A stretch of 64,000 nucleotides of DNA from Vicinamibacterales bacterium (GCA_965229825.1 CBDDJQ010000013.1:1030282-1094281), one strand, 5' to 3'; shown: positions 35,924-48,452, counted from the stretch's first letter. A program made the numbers and translations. Notes: generated from the sequence alone by a model not told the origin.

Positions 35924-38029
35924 ATGTCGAGACAAGTGCCGCTTGAGCGGACACGGAATATCGGCATCATGGCCCACATTGATGCCGGCAAGACGACGAC
36001 CACCGAACGGGTGCTGTTCTATACCGGCATCACCTACAAGATAGGCGAGGTGCATGACGGAACCGCGGTCATGGACTGGATGGCCCAGGAGCAGGAGCGG
36101 GGCATCACCATCACCTCCGCCGCCACGACGTGCATGTGGCGCGACCACCGGATCAACATCATCGACACCCCCGGACACGTGGACTTCACGGCGGAAGTCG
36201 AACGATCGCTGCGCGTGCTGGATAGCGCGGTGGCGGTGTTCGATGCGGTGGGCGGGGTGGAGCCGCAATCCGAAACGGTCTGGCGTCAGGCCGACAAGTA
36301 CCGGGTGCCGCGCATCTGCTTCGTCAACAAGATGGACCGCGTGGGGGCCGATTTTCGGCGCACGCTGACCCAGATTGGCGAGAAGCTTCAGGCGAACCCG
36401 GTGGCGGTGCAGTTACCGCTGGGGGCCGAAGACGGTTTCGCCGGCGTGATCGATCTGGTCGCCATGAAGGCGGTTCGGTACCAGGACGAATCGCTCGGCG
36501 CCGAATCGGTGCTCGAGGAAATTCCGGCCGACCGCCTCGAGGAGGTAACGGCGGCGCGAGAGGCGTTGATCGAGAAGGTCTGCGAGGTCGACGACCGATT
36601 GCTCGAGAAGTACCTGCACGGGGAGCCGATAGGGCCCGAGGAGATCATTCCGGTGCTGCGCCGGCGGACCATCGAGTCCGTGCGCAACGAGGATGCGCCG
36701 TTCGTGCCGGTGTTGTGCGGCAGCGCCTTCAAGAACAAGGGGGTGCAGCCCTTGATCGATGCCGTGGTCGACTATCTGCCGTCGCCGGCCGATATTCCCG
36801 CCGTGACCGGGACCGTGCCGGATGGCGACGGCGATACGGTGCTCGAGCGGCCGGCGCAGGACGATGCGCCGTTTTCGGCCCTGGCATTCAAGATCATGAC
36901 CGATCCCTACGTCGGTCAGCTCGCCTTCATACGCGTGTATTCCGGGGTGATGGCCAGTGGGGCGACGATCTACAACCCGCGGTTGGGCCGCCGGGAGCGT
37001 ATCGGCCGCCTGCTGAAGATGCACGCCAACAAGCGGGAAGAGATCGAGCAGGTCTACGCTGGCGATATCGCGGCCGCGGTCGGCCTGAAGACGGTGGCCA
37101 CCGGCGACACGATTTGCGATCGCGCGCATCCGGTCCTGCTCGAGGCCATGGAGTTTCCGACGCCGGTCATCACGCTCGCCATCGAGCCGAAGACCAAGGC
37201 GGACCAGGAAAAGCTCGGCCAGGGGTTGGCGAAGCTCACCACTGAGGATCCGACGTTCCATGTCCGGACCGATGACGAGACCGGGCAGGTGGTGGTGTCC
37301 GGGATGGGCGAGCTCCACCTGGAGATCATCGTCGACCGGCTTCGGAGAGAATTCGGCGTGGCGGCGACGGTCGGCCGCCCGCAGGTCGCCTATCGCGAGA
37401 CCCTGACCAGGCCGGCGCAGGCCGAAGGGCGGTACGTCAAGCAGACCGGCGGGCGCGGTCAGTACGGCCACGTCAAGCTGCGCGTCGTGCCCGGGCAGGC
37501 GGGGGACGGCTTCGTCTTCGAGAACCAGATATTCGGTGGCGCGATTCCGAAGGAGTTTATTTCGTCTGTCGAGGCGGGGGTTCGAGAGGCGGTGACGACC
37601 GGCATTCTCGCCGGGTATCCGATTGAGGATGTGACCGTCACGCTCTACGACGGTTCGTCCCACGATGTCGACTCGTCGGAAATCGCGTTCAAGATTGCGG
37701 CGTCGATGGCATTCAGGAATGCCGCCCGTCTGGCCACCCCGGTGCTGCTGGAGCCGATCATGAAGGTCGAGGTGGTGGTGCCCGAGGCGTACATGGGCGA
37801 CATCATCGGCGACATCATGGGCCGCCGCGGCAAGGTCAAGTCGATGGAGAGCCATGGCGGGACGCAGATTGTCAATGCGCGCGTGCCGCTGTCGGAGATG
37901 TTCGGCTACGCAACGGAGCTGCGTTCCCGCACGCAGGGGCGCGCTACCTACACGATGCATTTCGATCGCTATGACCAAGTCCCGCAGGCGGTCAGCGAAG
38001 AGATCGTCGCGCGTATCCACGGCAGATAA
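35924..38029 (+). CDS. fusA: Elongation factor G (canonical)
   Basis: 701 aa. [36 protein letters not shown]. The ORF-track start 35012 is a read-through artefact. Confidence 0.97.
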   Translation: MSRQVPLERTRNIGIMAHIDAGKTTTTERVLFYTGITYKIGEVHDGTAVMDWMAQEQERGITITSAATTCMWRDHRINIIDTPGHVDFTAEVERSLRVLDSAVAVFDAVGGVEPQSETVWRQADKYRVPRICFVNKMDRVGADFRRTLTQIGEKLQANPVAVQLPLGAEDGFAGVIDLVAMKAVRYQDESLGAESVLEEIPADRLEEVTAAREALIEKVCEVDDRLLEKYLHGEPIGPEEIIPVLRRRTIESVRNEDAPFVPVLCGSAFKNKGVQPLIDAVVDYLPSPADIPAVTGTVPDGDGDTVLERPAQDDAPFSALAFKIMTDPYVGQLAFIRVYSGVMASGATIYNPRLGRRERIGRLLKMHANKREEIEQVYAGDIAAAVGLKTVATGDTICDRAHPVLLEAMEFPTPVITLAIEPKTKADQEKLGQGLAKLTTEDPTFHVRTDDETGQVVVSGMGELHLEIIVDRLRREFGVAATVGRPQVAYRETLTRPAQAEGRYVKQTGGRGQYGHVKLRVVPGQAGDGFVFENQIFGGAIPKEFISSVEAGVREAVTTGILAGYPIEDVTVTLYDGSSHDVDSSEIAFKIAASMAFRNAARLATPVLLEPIMKVEVVVPEAYMGDIIGDIMGRRGKVKSMESHGGTQIVNARVPLSEMFGYATELRSRTQGRATYTMHFDRYDQVPQAVSEEIVARIHGR

Positions 38030-38043
38030 GAAGAGGCTATCGC

Positions 38044-39231
38044 ATGGCGAAGGAAAAGTTCGACCGGTCGAAACCGCATGTGAACATCGGTACGATCGGG
38101 CACATCGACCACGGGAAGACGACGTTGACGGCTGCGATCACGTCTGTGCTGGCGAAGCACGATCCGAAGAACGCGGTTCGTTCGTTCGACTCGATCGACA
38201 ACGCTCCGGAGGAACGGGAGCGAGGGATCACGATCGCGACGGCGCACGTGGAGTACACGACGGCGGCGCGCCACTACGCGCACGTGGACTGTCCGGGGCA
38301 TGCGGATTACATCAAGAACATGATCACGGGTGCGGCCCAGATGGACGGGGCGATCCTGGTGGTTGCGGCGACCGACGGGGTGATGCCGCAGACGCGGGAG
38401 CACATTTTGCTGGCTCGTCAGGTTGGGGTTCCGTCGTTGGTCGTGTTCATGAACAAGGTGGACATGGTGGACGACGAGGAGCTTCTGGATCTGGTGGAGC
38501 TGGAGGTTCGGGAGCTGCTGTCGTCGTATGAGTTTCCGGGCGACGACCTTCCGGTGGTTCGGGGTTCTGCGCTGAAGGCCCTGGAAGGCGACGAAGCGTA
38601 TACGGGCTGCATCGACGAGTTGATGTCTTCGGTTGACGACTATGTTCCGCTTCCGGTGCGCGACGTTGACAAGCCGTTTCTGATGCCGATCGAGGACGTG
38701 TTCTCGATCTTGGGTCGCGGGACGGTGGTGACGGGGCGTGTGGATCGGGGCATCGTGAAGGTGAGCGAAGAGATCGAGATCGTTGGTTTCCAGGAGACGC
38801 AGAAGAAGGTCGTCACCGGTGTGGAGATGTTCCGGAAGCTGCTGGACGAGGGTGTGGCCGGGGATAACATCGGAGTTTTGCTGCGTGGCCTTGAGAAGGA
38901 CGATGTGGAGCGTGGCCAGGTTCTGGCGAAGCCGAAGTCGATCACGCCGCATACGAAGTTCAAGGGTGAGGTTTACGTTTTGACGAAGGACGAAGGCGGT
39001 CGTCACACGCCGTTCTTCAACGGGTATCGGCCTCAGTTCTACCTGCGGACGACGGACGTGACGGGGGTTGCGACGTTGCCGGACGGTGTGGAGATGGTGA
39101 TGCCGGGTGACAACGTGGCGATGGAAGTGGAGTTGATCACGCCGGTGGCGCTGGAGAAGGGGCTGCGATTCGCGATTCGTGAAGGTGGCCGCACGGTCGG
39201 GTCGGGGGCCATCACCGACATCGTCGAATAG
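38044..39231 (+). CDS. tuf: Elongation factor Tu, copy 2
   Basis: 395 aa in the canonical str-operon position after fusA. See copy 1. Confidence 0.97.
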   Translation: MAKEKFDRSKPHVNIGTIGHIDHGKTTLTAAITSVLAKHDPKNAVRSFDSIDNAPEERERGITIATAHVEYTTAARHYAHVDCPGHADYIKNMITGAAQMDGAILVVAATDGVMPQTREHILLARQVGVPSLVVFMNKVDMVDDEELLDLVELEVRELLSSYEFPGDDLPVVRGSALKALEGDEAYTGCIDELMSSVDDYVPLPVRDVDKPFLMPIEDVFSILGRGTVVTGRVDRGIVKVSEEIEIVGFQETQKKVVTGVEMFRKLLDEGVAGDNIGVLLRGLEKDDVERGQVLAKPKSITPHTKFKGEVYVLTKDEGGRHTPFFNGYRPQFYLRTTDVTGVATLPDGVEMVMPGDNVAMEVELITPVALEKGLRFAIREGGRTVGSGAITDIVE

Positions 39232-39275
39232 CCGCCGCGCGCCACGCCAGAGATACGACTCCGGTATGAGAAGCC

Positions 39276-39602
39276 ATGTTCAGTGACAAGATTCGGATAC
39301 GTCTGAAAGCCTACGATCACCGGTTGCTCGATCAATCGACCCACGAGATCGCCGATACCGCCCGGCGGACGGGGGCGCGCCTCGCCGGGCCGATACCGCT
39401 GCCGACGGATCTGAACAAGTGGACGGTGTTGCGATCGCCCCACGTCGACAAGAAATCGCGCGAGCAGTTCGAAATCCGCACGCACAAGCGGTTGATCGAT
39501 ATCTTCGAGCCAACGTCCCAGACCGTCGATGCGTTGATGAAGCTCGATCTCCCGGCTGGAGTCGACGTCGAAATCAAGGCATTCGGGAAGGGCAACGGCT
39601 AG
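39276..39602 (+). CDS. rpsJ: 30S ribosomal protein S10
   Basis: ...[39 protein letters not shown]... Confidence 0.97.
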   Translation: MFSDKIRIRLKAYDHRLLDQSTHEIADTARRTGARLAGPIPLPTDLNKWTVLRSPHVDKKSREQFEIRTHKRLIDIFEPTSQTVDALMKLDLPAGVDVEIKAFGKGNG

Positions 39603-39645
39603 GGAGGGCTCCGGGCGGCCCCCCGCAAGACGGACGCAAACGACC

Positions 39646-40320
39646 ATGGTGACCGGCATTCTCGGACGAAAGATCGGAATGACCCAGTTGTTCGACGACG
39701 ACGGCGCGATCCGGCCGGCGACGGTCATCAAGGCCGGCCCGTGCGTCGTCGTGCAACGCAAGACGGTCGAACGCGACGGCTATGCCGCCGTGCAGCTTGG
39801 GCTCGTCGAGGAGACTCCGGTCAACGCGAACCGGCCCATCACCGGTCACTACAAGAAGGCCAAGGTGCCCCCGACGCGGATTCGGCGGGAAGTCGGCGTG
39901 GATGGCGACGGACCGGCGGAAGGCGATCAGGTGGTGGCGTCGGTCTTCGCCGATGGCGATCGGGTGGATGTTATCGGGGTCAGTCGCGGCAAGGGGTTTC
40001 AGGGCGTCATGAAGCGTCACGGTTTCAGTGGCGGCCGCGCGAGCCACGGCTCCATGTTCCATCGCGCGCCGGGCTCCATCGGAGCGTCGTCGTACCCCTC
40101 TCGGGTCATCAAGGGCATGCGGGGACCGGGGCGAATGGGCGGCGACCGGGTCACGACCCGGAACCTGCAGGTGCTGCGAGTGGATGCGGACCAGCATGTG
40201 CTGGTCGTCAAGGGGGCGGTTCCGGGAGCTCCGGGCGGGGTCGTCATGATACGGAAGGCGGTCGCCGCCAAGCCGAAGCCCGCACCGGTGGCCGAGGAAT
40301 CGGCGAAGAAGCGGAAGTGA
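39646..40320 (+). CDS. rplC: 50S ribosomal protein L3
   Basis: [20 protein letters not shown]...[21 protein letters not shown]. Confidence 0.97.
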   Translation: MVTGILGRKIGMTQLFDDDGAIRPATVIKAGPCVVVQRKTVERDGYAAVQLGLVEETPVNANRPITGHYKKAKVPPTRIRREVGVDGDGPAEGDQVVASVFADGDRVDVIGVSRGKGFQGVMKRHGFSGGRASHGSMFHRAPGSIGASSYPSRVIKGMRGPGRMGGDRVTTRNLQVLRVDADQHVLVVKGAVPGAPGGVVMIRKAVAAKPKPAPVAEESAKKRK

Positions 40321-40358
40321 GCGATTCTGACCGGGTTCCACTGGAGCAGGTTGCGACC

Positions 40359-40982
40359 ATGACGCTGGATGTCGTTGATTTGGGGAACGAGAAGATCGGC
40401 TCGGTCGAGGTCCGTGATGACGTGTTCGGCGGCCGGCTGAACCGGGACCTCATCTGGGAATCGGTGGTGCACGCATCGGCCGCCGAGCGTCGCGGCACCC
40501 ATGCCACGAAGACGCGCGGCCAGGTCAGCGGCACCGGGAAGAAGCCGTGGCGGCAGAAAGGCACCGGACGCGCGCGGGTCGGCGAGAGCCGCAATCCGCT
40601 TTGGCGTTCGGGCGGCGTCGTGTTCGGTCCCCAGCCGAGGAACTATGGGTACCGCCTGCCGAAGAAGATGATTCTGGGAGCGTTGCGAGCGGCGTTGACC
40701 GAGAAGTTCCAGGACGGCGATGTCCTGGTGGTGGAGCAGCTCGGGGTCGACGAGCCGCGTACGCGGCTGGCGGTCGAGTTGCTGCGGCGCCTCGACGTGG
40801 TGTCGAAGGCCTTGCTGGTCGACGTGCAACTGGATTCGAAGCTGGTGCTGGCGGTGCGCAATCTCGGTGATGTTAAGCTCATGCCGACCAACCAGCTCGG
40901 TGCAAGGGACGTCGTCGACGCCCGGCGGGTCGTGATGACGCGCGCTGCGGTCGAGCGGTTGACGCAGGTTCTGGGATCATGA
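40359..40982 (+). CDS. rplD: 50S ribosomal protein L4
   Basis: MTLDVVDLGNEKIG...THATKTRGQVSGTGKKPWRQKGTGRAR.G. Start is ATG 40359. Confidence 0.95.
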   Translation: MTLDVVDLGNEKIGSVEVRDDVFGGRLNRDLIWESVVHASAAERRGTHATKTRGQVSGTGKKPWRQKGTGRARVGESRNPLWRSGGVVFGPQPRNYGYRLPKKMILGALRAALTEKFQDGDVLVVEQLGVDEPRTRLAVELLRRLDVVSKALLVDVQLDSKLVLAVRNLGDVKLMPTNQLGARDVVDARRVVMTRAAVERLTQVLGS

Positions 40983-41269
40983 GAGAGACCGAAGTCATTC
41001 GGCGGGCCCTCGTCACCGAGAAGACCTCGGTCCAGCGCGAGCACACCGGGACGATCGTGCTTGAGGTGGCGATGCGGGCGACGAAGGTCGAGATCAAGCA
41101 GGCGGTGGAGCGATTGCTGGGAACGAAGGTCGCCAGCGTTCGCACGTCGATCAACCACGGCAAGATCAAGCGGCAGGGACGGTTTTCCGGCCAGCGTCCG
41201 GACTGGAAGAAAGCCTACGTGCGCCTGCGCGACGGCCAGAACGTGCCCGAGTTCCTGGAAGGCGCCTAG
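40979..41269 (+). CDS. rplW: 50S ribosomal protein L23
   Basis: 96 aa ...VIRRALVTEKTSVQREHTGTIVLEVAMRATKVEIKQAVERLLG. ATGA overlap with rplD. Confidence 0.95.
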   Translation: MRETEVIRRALVTEKTSVQREHTGTIVLEVAMRATKVEIKQAVERLLGTKVASVRTSINHGKIKRQGRFSGQRPDWKKAYVRLRDGQNVPEFLEGA

Positions 41270-41272
41270 ACG

Positions 41273-42100
41273 ATGACTATCCGCAAGTACAAGCCGACGT
41301 CCCCGGGGCGGCGATTCCAGACGGTGCAGACGTTCGACGAGATCACCGCGACGAAGCCGTACAAGCCGTTGACCGAGCCGTTGCCTAAGTCGGGCGGCCG
41401 GAACAACAAGGGCCGCATCACGATGTGGCAGCGAGGCGGAGGGCACAAGCGGACGTATCGCATCATCGATTTCAAGCGTGACAAGCACGATGTGCCGGGG
41501 AGGGTGACGACGATCGAGTACGACCCGAACCGGTCTGCGCGTATCGCGCTGGTGACCTACGCCGACGGTGAGAAGCGGTATATCCTCCATCCTGCCCGGG
41601 TCGCCGTCAACGATACCGTCATCGCGGGGGCGCGTGTCGATATCCTTCCCGGCAATACCCTGCCCCTCAAGAACATTCCGCTGGGCACGCAGATGCACAA
41701 CGTGGAGCTCAAACCGGGCAAGGGCGGTCAGATCGCTCGCAGCGCGGGGTCGAGCGTGCAGCTCGTGGCCAAGGAAGGCGACTACGTGTCGGTCCGGATG
41801 CCGTCCGGCGAGATCCGCCGGATCTTGAAGGAGTGCTCGGCCACGATCGGCCAGGTCGGGAACGTGGATCACGAGAACGTGTCGCTGGGCAAGGCGGGTC
41901 GATCGCGCTGGCTCGGGCGCCGGCCCAATGTCCGGGGGGTTGCGATGAACCCGGTCGACCATCCGCTCGGGGGTGGTGAGGGCAAGTCGGCCGGCGGGCG
42001 GCACCCCGTGTCTCCGTGGGGCATGCCGACAAAGGGCTACAAGACCCGGAGTCGGAAGCCGTCGGACAAGTTCATCGTCCAGCGGCGGCGGCGGCGGTGA
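41273..42100 (+). CDS. rplB: 50S ribosomal protein L2
   Basis: [18 protein letters not shown]...[15 protein letters not shown]...[14 protein letters not shown]. Confidence 0.97.
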   Translation: MTIRKYKPTSPGRRFQTVQTFDEITATKPYKPLTEPLPKSGGRNNKGRITMWQRGGGHKRTYRIIDFKRDKHDVPGRVTTIEYDPNRSARIALVTYADGEKRYILHPARVAVNDTVIAGARVDILPGNTLPLKNIPLGTQMHNVELKPGKGGQIARSAGSSVQLVAKEGDYVSVRMPSGEIRRILKECSATIGQVGNVDHENVSLGKAGRSRWLGRRPNVRGVAMNPVDHPLGGGEGKSAGGRHPVSPWGMPTKGYKTRSRKPSDKFIVQRRRRR

Positions 42101-42215
42101 GCGGGTTAGGGACAACCGCGCGCCGGCCACCGGTGCCGGAACACGGCGCGCGCGGACTGTTCATGTGCGCAATCGCAGCCGTTTGCGGGCAGCCGGGGAT
42201 TGAGACGAGGCGTCA

Positions 42216-42509
42216 ATGAGTCGATCGCTGAAGAAGGGACCGTTCGTCGACATACCGCTGCTCGAGAAGGTCGAACGTATGAACGGCAGCGGAGACCGCC
42301 GGGTAATCAAGACCTGGTCTCGGAGGTCGACGGTCATACCCGAGATGGTCGGACACACCATCGCGGTGCACAACGGCAAGAAATTCATCCCTGTATACCT
42401 GACCGAGAACATGGTGGGACACAAGCTGGGTGAGTTCTCGCCGACCCGGTTGTTTCGAGGACATACGAGCAAGAGAGACAAGGCCGCCTCTGTCGGCCGG
42501 GGCAAATGA
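42216..42509 (+). CDS. rpsS: 30S ribosomal protein S19
   Basis: [12 protein letters not shown]...[31 protein letters not shown]. Confidence 0.97.
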   Translation: MSRSLKKGPFVDIPLLEKVERMNGSGDRRVIKTWSRRSTVIPEMVGHTIAVHNGKKFIPVYLTENMVGHKLGEFSPTRLFRGHTSKRDKAASVGRGK

Positions 42510-42982
42510 CGATGATCGAAGGGCGTGCCACGGGGCGTTATGTCCGGACCTCGGCGCAGAAGGCCAAGCTCGTCATGGATGTGATTCGCGGCGAGAGTGT
42601 GGATCGGGCGTTGGCCACGCTGCGGTTCTCGCGGAAGCGGATTGCCGGCGACATTGCCAAGGTGCTCCGTTCCGCGGTAGCGAATGCGGAACAGAAAGAG
42701 GGCGCCGCCGGCGATATCGACCGGATGTTCGTGTCGAAATGCTACGCCGATCAGGGGCCGTCGATGAAGCGCATCCGGCCGGCGCCGATGGGCCGCGCGT
42801 TCCGCATCGTCAAGCGAACCGCACACCTGACCGTGCATGTCGTGGAGCAGCCGGGAATCGTCGCACGGGTGGTGACTCCGGGTGAGTCCGGCACGGCCGG
42901 AGCGCCGGCCGGGTCCTCCCGACCGAGGCGCCGTTCGAGAAGGCGGTCGACACGACGGCCGAGGAAGCGGTCGACCGACTAG
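42506..42982 (+). CDS. rplV: 50S ribosomal protein L22 with a basic C-terminal tail
   Basis: ...[40 protein letters not shown] overlap with rpsS. Tail is [20 protein letters not shown]. Confidence 0.95.
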   Translation: MTMIEGRATGRYVRTSAQKAKLVMDVIRGESVDRALATLRFSRKRIAGDIAKVLRSAVANAEQKEGAAGDIDRMFVSKCYADQGPSMKRIRPAPMGRAFRIVKRTAHLTVHVVEQPGIVARVVTPGESGTAGAPAGSSRPRRRSRRRSTRRPRKRSTD

Positions 42983-43079
42983 GAAGTCGGCACGGAAGAT
43001 TCGGCGCGGACTCCTGCCGGGTTGGTGGGGCGCGAAGCGGAGTGCAAGGCGACGATTCTCGGGCCAGAGGTTTGACGAG

Positions 43080-43760
43080 ATGGGGCAGAAGGTTCACCCG
43101 TACGGGTTCAGACTGGGGTTCAACAAGACTTGGCGGTCGCGTTGGTATGCCGATCGCGACTACGCCAAGCTCTTGCACGAAGACCTCTCGCTCCGATCCG
43201 ATCTCAAAAAGCGCTTCAAGCACGCCGGCGTGTCGACGATCGAGATCGAGCGCGCCGCGAACAAGTTAAAGATCGATATCTGTACGTCACGGCCGGGCAT
43301 CATCATCGGGCGCAAGGGCACCGAGGTCGACAAGCTCAAGACCGAAATCCAGCGGCGAACCAAGCGTGAAGTGTTCATCAACATTCAAGAGATTCAGAAG
43401 CCCGAGCTCGATGCGCAGTTGATCAGCGAGTCGGTGGCCTTGCAGCTCGAGAAGCGGGTCGCCTTTCGCCGGGCGATGCGCAAGGCGGTCGAGTCGGCCG
43501 TGCGGTTTGGCGGCCGCGGCATCAAGGTGCGGGTGGGGGGACGCCTGAACGGGGCGGAAATCGCGCGTACCGAATGGTATCTGAATGGCCGGTTGCCGCT
43601 GCAGACTCTGCGGGCGGACATCGACTACGGATTCGCGGAAGCCCATACCACCTACGGTCAGATCGGGGTGAAGGTCTGGCTGTACAAGGGCGACCGTCAT
43701 GAACCGCGGCTGGCCCGTGACGAAGAGTATCGGGCGCCGCGCCGCGGGGCCCGAGCCTGA
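43080..43760 (+). CDS. rpsC: 30S ribosomal protein S3
   Basis: [24 protein letters not shown]..., KH domain GIIIGRKG. Start is ATG 43080. Confidence 0.97.
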   Translation: MGQKVHPYGFRLGFNKTWRSRWYADRDYAKLLHEDLSLRSDLKKRFKHAGVSTIEIERAANKLKIDICTSRPGIIIGRKGTEVDKLKTEIQRRTKREVFINIQEIQKPELDAQLISESVALQLEKRVAFRRAMRKAVESAVRFGGRGIKVRVGGRLNGAEIARTEWYLNGRLPLQTLRADIDYGFAEAHTTYGQIGVKVWLYKGDRHEPRLARDEEYRAPRRGARA

Positions 43761-43832
43761 GGTCCGGCGCGGAACGGTGCAGGAGTCCGAGGCTTCCGTC
43801 GCGAGCTCGCGGGTACGTGTGAGGTAGTTGTC

Positions 43833-44258
43833 ATGTTGATGCCGAAGAAAGTCAAACACCGGAAGCAGCACCGCGGGCGCATGACGGGCAAGGCGTGGCG
43901 GGGCTCGACGGTGTCGTTCGGCGACTATGGCCTGCAGGCCATGGAACCGTGTTGGCTGACCGATCGCCAGATAGAGGCGGCGCGGGTGGCGATGACCCGG
44001 TCGATCAAGCGCGGTGGCAAGATCTGGATTCGGGTGTTTCCGGACAAGCCGATTACCAAGAAGCCCCAGGAAACCCGGATGGGAAAGGGCAAGGGCGCGC
44101 CTGAGCAGTGGGTCGCGGTGGTGAAATCGGGTCGCATTCTCTTCGAGATGGAAGGGGTCGACGCCGCCGTCGCCAGGCAGGCGATGCGGTTGGCTGCGGC
44201 CAAGTTGCCCATTCATACGAAATTCGCCACCCGGTTCGGTGAGGCCGAGGCACCATGA
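43833..44258 (+). CDS. rplP: 50S ribosomal protein L16
   Basis: [36 protein letters not shown]... Confidence 0.97.
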   Translation: MLMPKKVKHRKQHRGRMTGKAWRGSTVSFGDYGLQAMEPCWLTDRQIEAARVAMTRSIKRGGKIWIRVFPDKPITKKPQETRMGKGKGAPEQWVAVVKSGRILFEMEGVDAAVARQAMRLAAAKLPIHTKFATRFGEAEAP

Positions 44259-44494
44259 CGTCCATTGCGGAATTGCGTGAGCTCGGCGTGTCGGACCTCG
44301 AGCAGCGCGAGCGGGACTTGGCCGAGCAGGTGTTTCGTCTGCGACTCCAGAAGTCGATGGGGCAACAGGAGGCGGCCGGCAAACTGCGTCAGACCCGGCA
44401 CGATCTGGCTCGGGTCAAGACGTTGCTGCGAGGATACGTGCTCGGCACTGAAGCGCCGGCGAGCGACATGAAAGAAGTGGCGGATGGGGACTAA
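44255..44494 (+). CDS. rpmC: 50S ribosomal protein L29
   Basis: 79 aa ...[27 protein letters not shown]. Sits between rplP and rpsQ. Confidence 0.9.
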   Translation: MTSIAELRELGVSDLEQRERDLAEQVFRLRLQKSMGQQEAAGKLRQTRHDLARVKTLLRGYVLGTEAPASDMKEVADGD

Positions 44495-44738
44495 GGCAGA
44501 AATCCAGGGCGTCGTTGTCAGCGGCAAGATGGATCAGAGCGTCGTCGTGGCGGTCGAGCGCCGAGTACGCCACGGACTGTACGGCAAGATTCAGCGTCGC
44601 ACCTCGAAGTTCATGGCGCACGATCCGGGCAACGAAGCGAAGGTGGGCGACGTGGTTGCCATCGTCGAGACCCGGCCTCTCAGTCGGCGCAAGCGCTGGG
44701 CGATGGTGCGGGTAGTCGAACGGGCGAGAGCCATCTAG
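44484..44738 (+). CDS. rpsQ: 30S ribosomal protein S17
   Basis: ...[41 protein letters not shown]. Confidence 0.95.
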   Translation: MGTKAEIQGVVVSGKMDQSVVVAVERRVRHGLYGKIQRRTSKFMAHDPGNEAKVGDVVAIVETRPLSRRKRWAMVRVVERARAI

Positions 44739-44772
44739 GAGTCCTGCGCCCCGGCACAGCGAGCACAGAATC

Positions 44773-45141
44773 ATGATCCAGATGCAATCGGTCCTCGATG
44801 TCGCGGATAACTCCGGGGCTCGGAAGATCGCGGTCATCAACCCGATCGGCGGGTCGACCGGACGTTTCGCGAGGCTGGGGGACGTGGTTACGGCATCGGT
44901 GAAGGAAGCGGTCCCGCGTTCGGCGGTGAAGAAGGGGCAGGTCGTTCGCGCCGTCATCGTGCGCACGTCGAAAGAGCACCGTCGGCGGGATGGCAGCTAC
45001 ATTCGTTTCGACCGAAACGCGGCGGTCCTGGTCAACGAGCAGGGTGAACCGATCGGGACGCGGGTTTTCGGTCCGGTGGCGCGAGAGCTGCGGGAACGCA
45101 AGTTCATGAAGATCATCTCTCTGGCGCCGGAAGTAATCTGA
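44773..45141 (+). CDS. rplN: 50S ribosomal protein L14
   Basis: [27 protein letters not shown]... Confidence 0.97.
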   Translation: MIQMQSVLDVADNSGARKIAVINPIGGSTGRFARLGDVVTASVKEAVPRSAVKKGQVVRAVIVRTSKEHRRRDGSYIRFDRNAAVLVNEQGEPIGTRVFGPVARELRERKFMKIISLAPEVI

Positions 45142-45191
45142 AGGGAGCAGGTCGGCGGTCGGACCGTCCGACTCCGGTGAGAGTGTGAGCC

Positions 45192-45524
45192 ATGTCGAGA
45201 TTACAGACCCCCATCCGGAAGAACGACAACGTAGTCGTGATCACGGGAAAGGACCGGGGGAAGCGGGGGCGCGTCCTGCGGCTGGTGCCGGCCAAGAACC
45301 GGCTGATTGTCGAGGGCGTGAATATCGTCAAGCGCCATACTCGCCCGAACCCGAGACAGAACGTCAAGGGCGGTGTCGTTGAGCACGAAGCGGCGCTGCA
45401 TGCATCGAACGTGCAGCTCATCTGTCCGGACTGCGGTGTCCAGACACGTATCGGACGGCGCCTGCTCGGTGACGGCCGCAAGGTTCGGATTTGCCGCAAA
45501 TGCGACGGGGTCGTGGATCGATGA
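45192..45524 (+). CDS. rplX: 50S ribosomal protein L24 (Cys4 zinc-ribbon form)
   Basis: KOW motif [18 protein letters not shown]. The C-terminus CPDCG...CRKCDG matches the Thermus-type L24 as I recall it. Confidence 0.95.
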   Translation: MSRLQTPIRKNDNVVVITGKDRGKRGRVLRLVPAKNRLIVEGVNIVKRHTRPNPRQNVKGGVVEHEAALHASNVQLICPDCGVQTRIGRRLLGDGRKVRICRKCDGVVDR

Positions 45525-46063
45525 GTCGACTGAGAGAACGCTATCAGGAGAACGTGGTTCCCGCGCTCACCAAGGAATTCGGGTACACCAATATCATGGC
45601 GGTACCGAAGATCCAGCGGATTGTCGTGAACATGGGGTTGGGCGAGGCCACCCAGAACGCGAAGGTGATCGATGCCGGCAGCGACGATCTGACCCGCATA
45701 GCCGGTCAGAAACCGGTGACCACGCGGGCCCGGAAGTCGATAGCCCAGTTCAAGCTCCGGCAGGGCATGCCCATCGGCTCGATGGTGACGCTGCGCCGGG
45801 ATCGCATGTACGAATTTTTGGACCGTCTCATCTCCGTCGCATTGCCTCGCGTCAGGGACTTCCGCGGGGTGTCCCCCAAGGGGTTCGACGGGCGGGGCAA
45901 CTACACCCTGGGGCTCCCGGATCAACTGATGTTCATCGAGATCGACTACATGAAGGTCGACAAGTCGCGCGGGATGAACATCTCCGTGGTCACGACCGCC
46001 AAGACCGACGAAGAGGGGCGCCGGCTGCTCCAGCTCATGGGGATGCCGTTTCGGACGAATTAG
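45521..46063 (+). CDS. rplE: 50S ribosomal protein L5
   Basis: [47 protein letters not shown] overlap with rplX. Confidence 0.97.
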   Translation: MSRLRERYQENVVPALTKEFGYTNIMAVPKIQRIVVNMGLGEATQNAKVIDAGSDDLTRIAGQKPVTTRARKSIAQFKLRQGMPIGSMVTLRRDRMYEFLDRLISVALPRVRDFRGVSPKGFDGRGNYTLGLPDQLMFIEIDYMKVDKSRGMNISVVTTAKTDEEGRRLLQLMGMPFRTN

Positions 46064-46072
46064 GGGAGCTCG

Positions 46073-46258
46073 ATGGCGACAACTGCGAAGATCGTCAAGG
46101 AAGACAAGCCGCCGAAGTTCAAGGTGCGGCTACGTAACCGGTGCCGCCTGTGCGGGCGGCCGCGGGGGTTCATCCGCAAGTTTGAGCTGTGCCGGTTGTG
46201 TTTCAGGCGGCTCGCGCTCGAGGGTGACATCGCAGGCGTGACCAAGAGTAGTTGGTGA
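46073..46258 (+). CDS. rpsZ: 30S ribosomal protein S14, type Z (zinc form)
   Basis: 61 aa ...[41 protein letters not shown]. Confidence 0.95.
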   Translation: MATTAKIVKEDKPPKFKVRLRNRCRLCGRPRGFIRKFELCRLCFRRLALEGDIAGVTKSSW

Positions 46259-46313
46259 CGATGCAAGCCGAGACGCCGCGTCACCGGGCGCGGGGTTGAC
46301 AGACAAGAGAGAC

Positions 46314-46724
46314 ATGACTGATCCGATCGCCGATATGTTGACGAGAATCCGCAACGGGACATCCGCGCATCGCCGGCGCGTGGACATCCCGGCATCGCGG
46401 CTCAAGACGGAGATCGCCAGGATTCTGCAGAGCGAGGGATACATCCAGTCGTTCAGGATGGTCGACGTTGTCGTTGAACGGGGGCAGCAGGCCCGTTCCA
46501 TGATTCGGATTCAGTTAAAGTACGGATCACGCGGCGAGAACGTCATTTCCGGGATCCAACGCATCAGCCGGCCCGGCCGGCGCGTCTATTGCGGCCGGGA
46601 GAATGTGCCCCCGGTGCTGGCGGGGCTCGGTACGAGCATTCTGACCACCTCGCGCGGGGTCATGACCGGCCGCGAAGCGCTCAAGATGGGCGTGGGCGGC
46701 GAAGTGTTGTGCAACGTCTGGTAA
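46314..46724 (+). CDS. rpsH: 30S ribosomal protein S8
   Basis: MTDPIADMLTRIRNG.SA... ATG 46314 is preferred over 46296. Confidence 0.95.
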   Translation: MTDPIADMLTRIRNGTSAHRRRVDIPASRLKTEIARILQSEGYIQSFRMVDVVVERGQQARSMIRIQLKYGSRGENVISGIQRISRPGRRVYCGRENVPPVLAGLGTSILTTSRGVMTGREALKMGVGGEVLCNVW

Positions 46725-46745
46725 ACCGGGTGGTGGAGTCACGAA

Positions 46746-47282
46746 ATGTCGCGAGTGGGTAAGAAGCCGATCCCGATTCCAGCCGGAGTCACCGTGCAGA
46801 TCTCTCCGGATGCGGTGGAGGCCAAGGGACCGAAAGGTACCATGCGGCAGCCGCTGCCGCCGGGGATCCTGGTGGAGATGCAGGACGGGGTACTGCACGC
46901 ACGTCCCGAACGCGAGGAGCGTGGCATGGCCAAGTTCCACGGGCTCGGGCGCAGTCTGGTCGCCAATGCCGTGACCGGCGTGGCGGCGGGGTTCAAGAAG
47001 GAGCTCGATATCGTGGGGATCGGCTATCGAGCCGAGGCGAGCGGCCAGCGGGTCAAGTTGTCGCTGGGATATTCGCACCCGGTGATATTCGAGGTGCCCG
47101 ACGGGATCGCGGTCGCGGTAGAGAATCAGACTCATCTGGTGGTGTCAGGTGTCGACCGTCAGGCGGTCGGGCAGGTTGCCGCCGACATCCGGAGCCTCCG
47201 CAAACCGGATCCATACAAGCAGAAGGGGATCCGGTATACCGGCGAAGTGCTGAAGAAGAAGGTCGGCAAGACCGGAGCATAG
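46746..47282 (+). CDS. rplF: 50S ribosomal protein L6
   Basis: MSRVGKKPIPIPAGVTV...GYSHPV...KGIRY.GE. Confidence 0.97.
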   Translation: MSRVGKKPIPIPAGVTVQISPDAVEAKGPKGTMRQPLPPGILVEMQDGVLHARPEREERGMAKFHGLGRSLVANAVTGVAAGFKKELDIVGIGYRAEASGQRVKLSLGYSHPVIFEVPDGIAVAVENQTHLVVSGVDRQAVGQVAADIRSLRKPDPYKQKGIRYTGEVLKKKVGKTGA

Positions 47283-47297
47283 CGGGGCGAACGTGTC

Positions 47298-47672
47298 ATG
47301 AAGGTCAAGACGAAAAAGGATCGGCGCCGCCGGATTGCACTGCGTCAGCGCAAGAAGATCACGGGGACGTCGGAGCGGCCGAGAATGTCGGTCTTTCGGA
47401 GCCTGGGGCATATTGCCGTACAGGTCATCGACGACTCGAACGGCACGACGCTGGCGTCGGCGTCCAGCACCGAGCCGACGGTCAAGGCGAGCTTTGGCGA
47501 TGGAGCCGCCGGTGGAAATGTCGCGGGCGCCCAGGTGGTCGGCCGGCTGATCGCGGAACGGACGCTGGAAAAGGGAATCCAGAGCGTGGTTTTCGATCGT
47601 GGCGGGTTTCTGTATCACGGTCGCGTCCGCAAGGTCGCAGACGCGGCGAGAGAGGCCGGTCTGAAGTTCTAG
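47298..47672 (+). CDS. rplR: 50S ribosomal protein L18
   Basis: ...[30 protein letters not shown]...[28 protein letters not shown]. Confidence 0.95.
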   Translation: MKVKTKKDRRRRIALRQRKKITGTSERPRMSVFRSLGHIAVQVIDDSNGTTLASASSTEPTVKASFGDGAAGGNVAGAQVVGRLIAERTLEKGIQSVVFDRGGFLYHGRVRKVADAAREAGLKF

Positions 47673-47831
47673 CGAGGAACGACCCCTGCTGCCGCAGCGG
47701 CACATGGCGCGGCCGGAACCCTATGCGGGTTCGGCGAGTGTGCGGGTGTGGCGGCGGGAGGAAGCAGTCAGCCGGGATGCAGCCCCGGTCGAATGCCGCC
47801 AGTGGGTGGACACGGGCTGCCAGAAACTGCC

Positions 47832-48353
47832 ATGAGCTACAAGCGATCACTAGCCAAGATTGACCCCAACGATTTCGACCTCAAGGATACGGTTGTCTCG
47901 ATCAACCGCGTCACGAAGGTGGTCAAGGGCGGCAAGAACCTGAGCTTCAGCGCCTTGGTGGTCGTCGGTGATGCCCACGGTGTGGTCGGGTTCGGGGTCG
48001 GGAAGGCGAAGGAGGTACCGTCGGCCATCAAGAAGGGAATCGAAGCGGCCAAGAAGGCGTTGTTCCGGGTGCCGCTCGACGGCACGACGATACCGCACAT
48101 GGTGGTCGGCCGGTTCGGAGCCGGTCGGGTGTTGTTGAAACCGGCTCCGGAAGGCACCGGGATCATTGCGGGCGGTGCGGTGCGCGCCGTCCTGGAATCG
48201 GCCGGAGTACAGAACATACTCACCAAGTCTCTGGGAACGCAGAATCCGCACAACGTCGTGCGAGCCACGTTCACCGGATTGATGGAGTTGAAGGATCCGG
48301 TCTCGGTCGCACGGCTGCGCGGCATCGATCTCGAGGAGCTGACGGCGGTCTAG
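47832..48353 (+). CDS. rpsE: 30S ribosomal protein S5
   Basis: ...[43 protein letters not shown]. Start is ATG 47832. Confidence 0.95.
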   Translation: MSYKRSLAKIDPNDFDLKDTVVSINRVTKVVKGGKNLSFSALVVVGDAHGVVGFGVGKAKEVPSAIKKGIEAAKKALFRVPLDGTTIPHMVVGRFGAGRVLLKPAPEGTGIIAGGAVRAVLESAGVQNILTKSLGTQNPHNVVRATFTGLMELKDPVSVARLRGIDLEELTAV

Positions 48354-48452
48354 GCGTCTGCATCGTAGAACGGCGCGGACTCCTGGAGGTTGCCTGGACG
48401 GCAGGCGGAGCCGCAAGGCGAGGATTTTCGGGCCGGGAAGGGAAGCGGCTCG

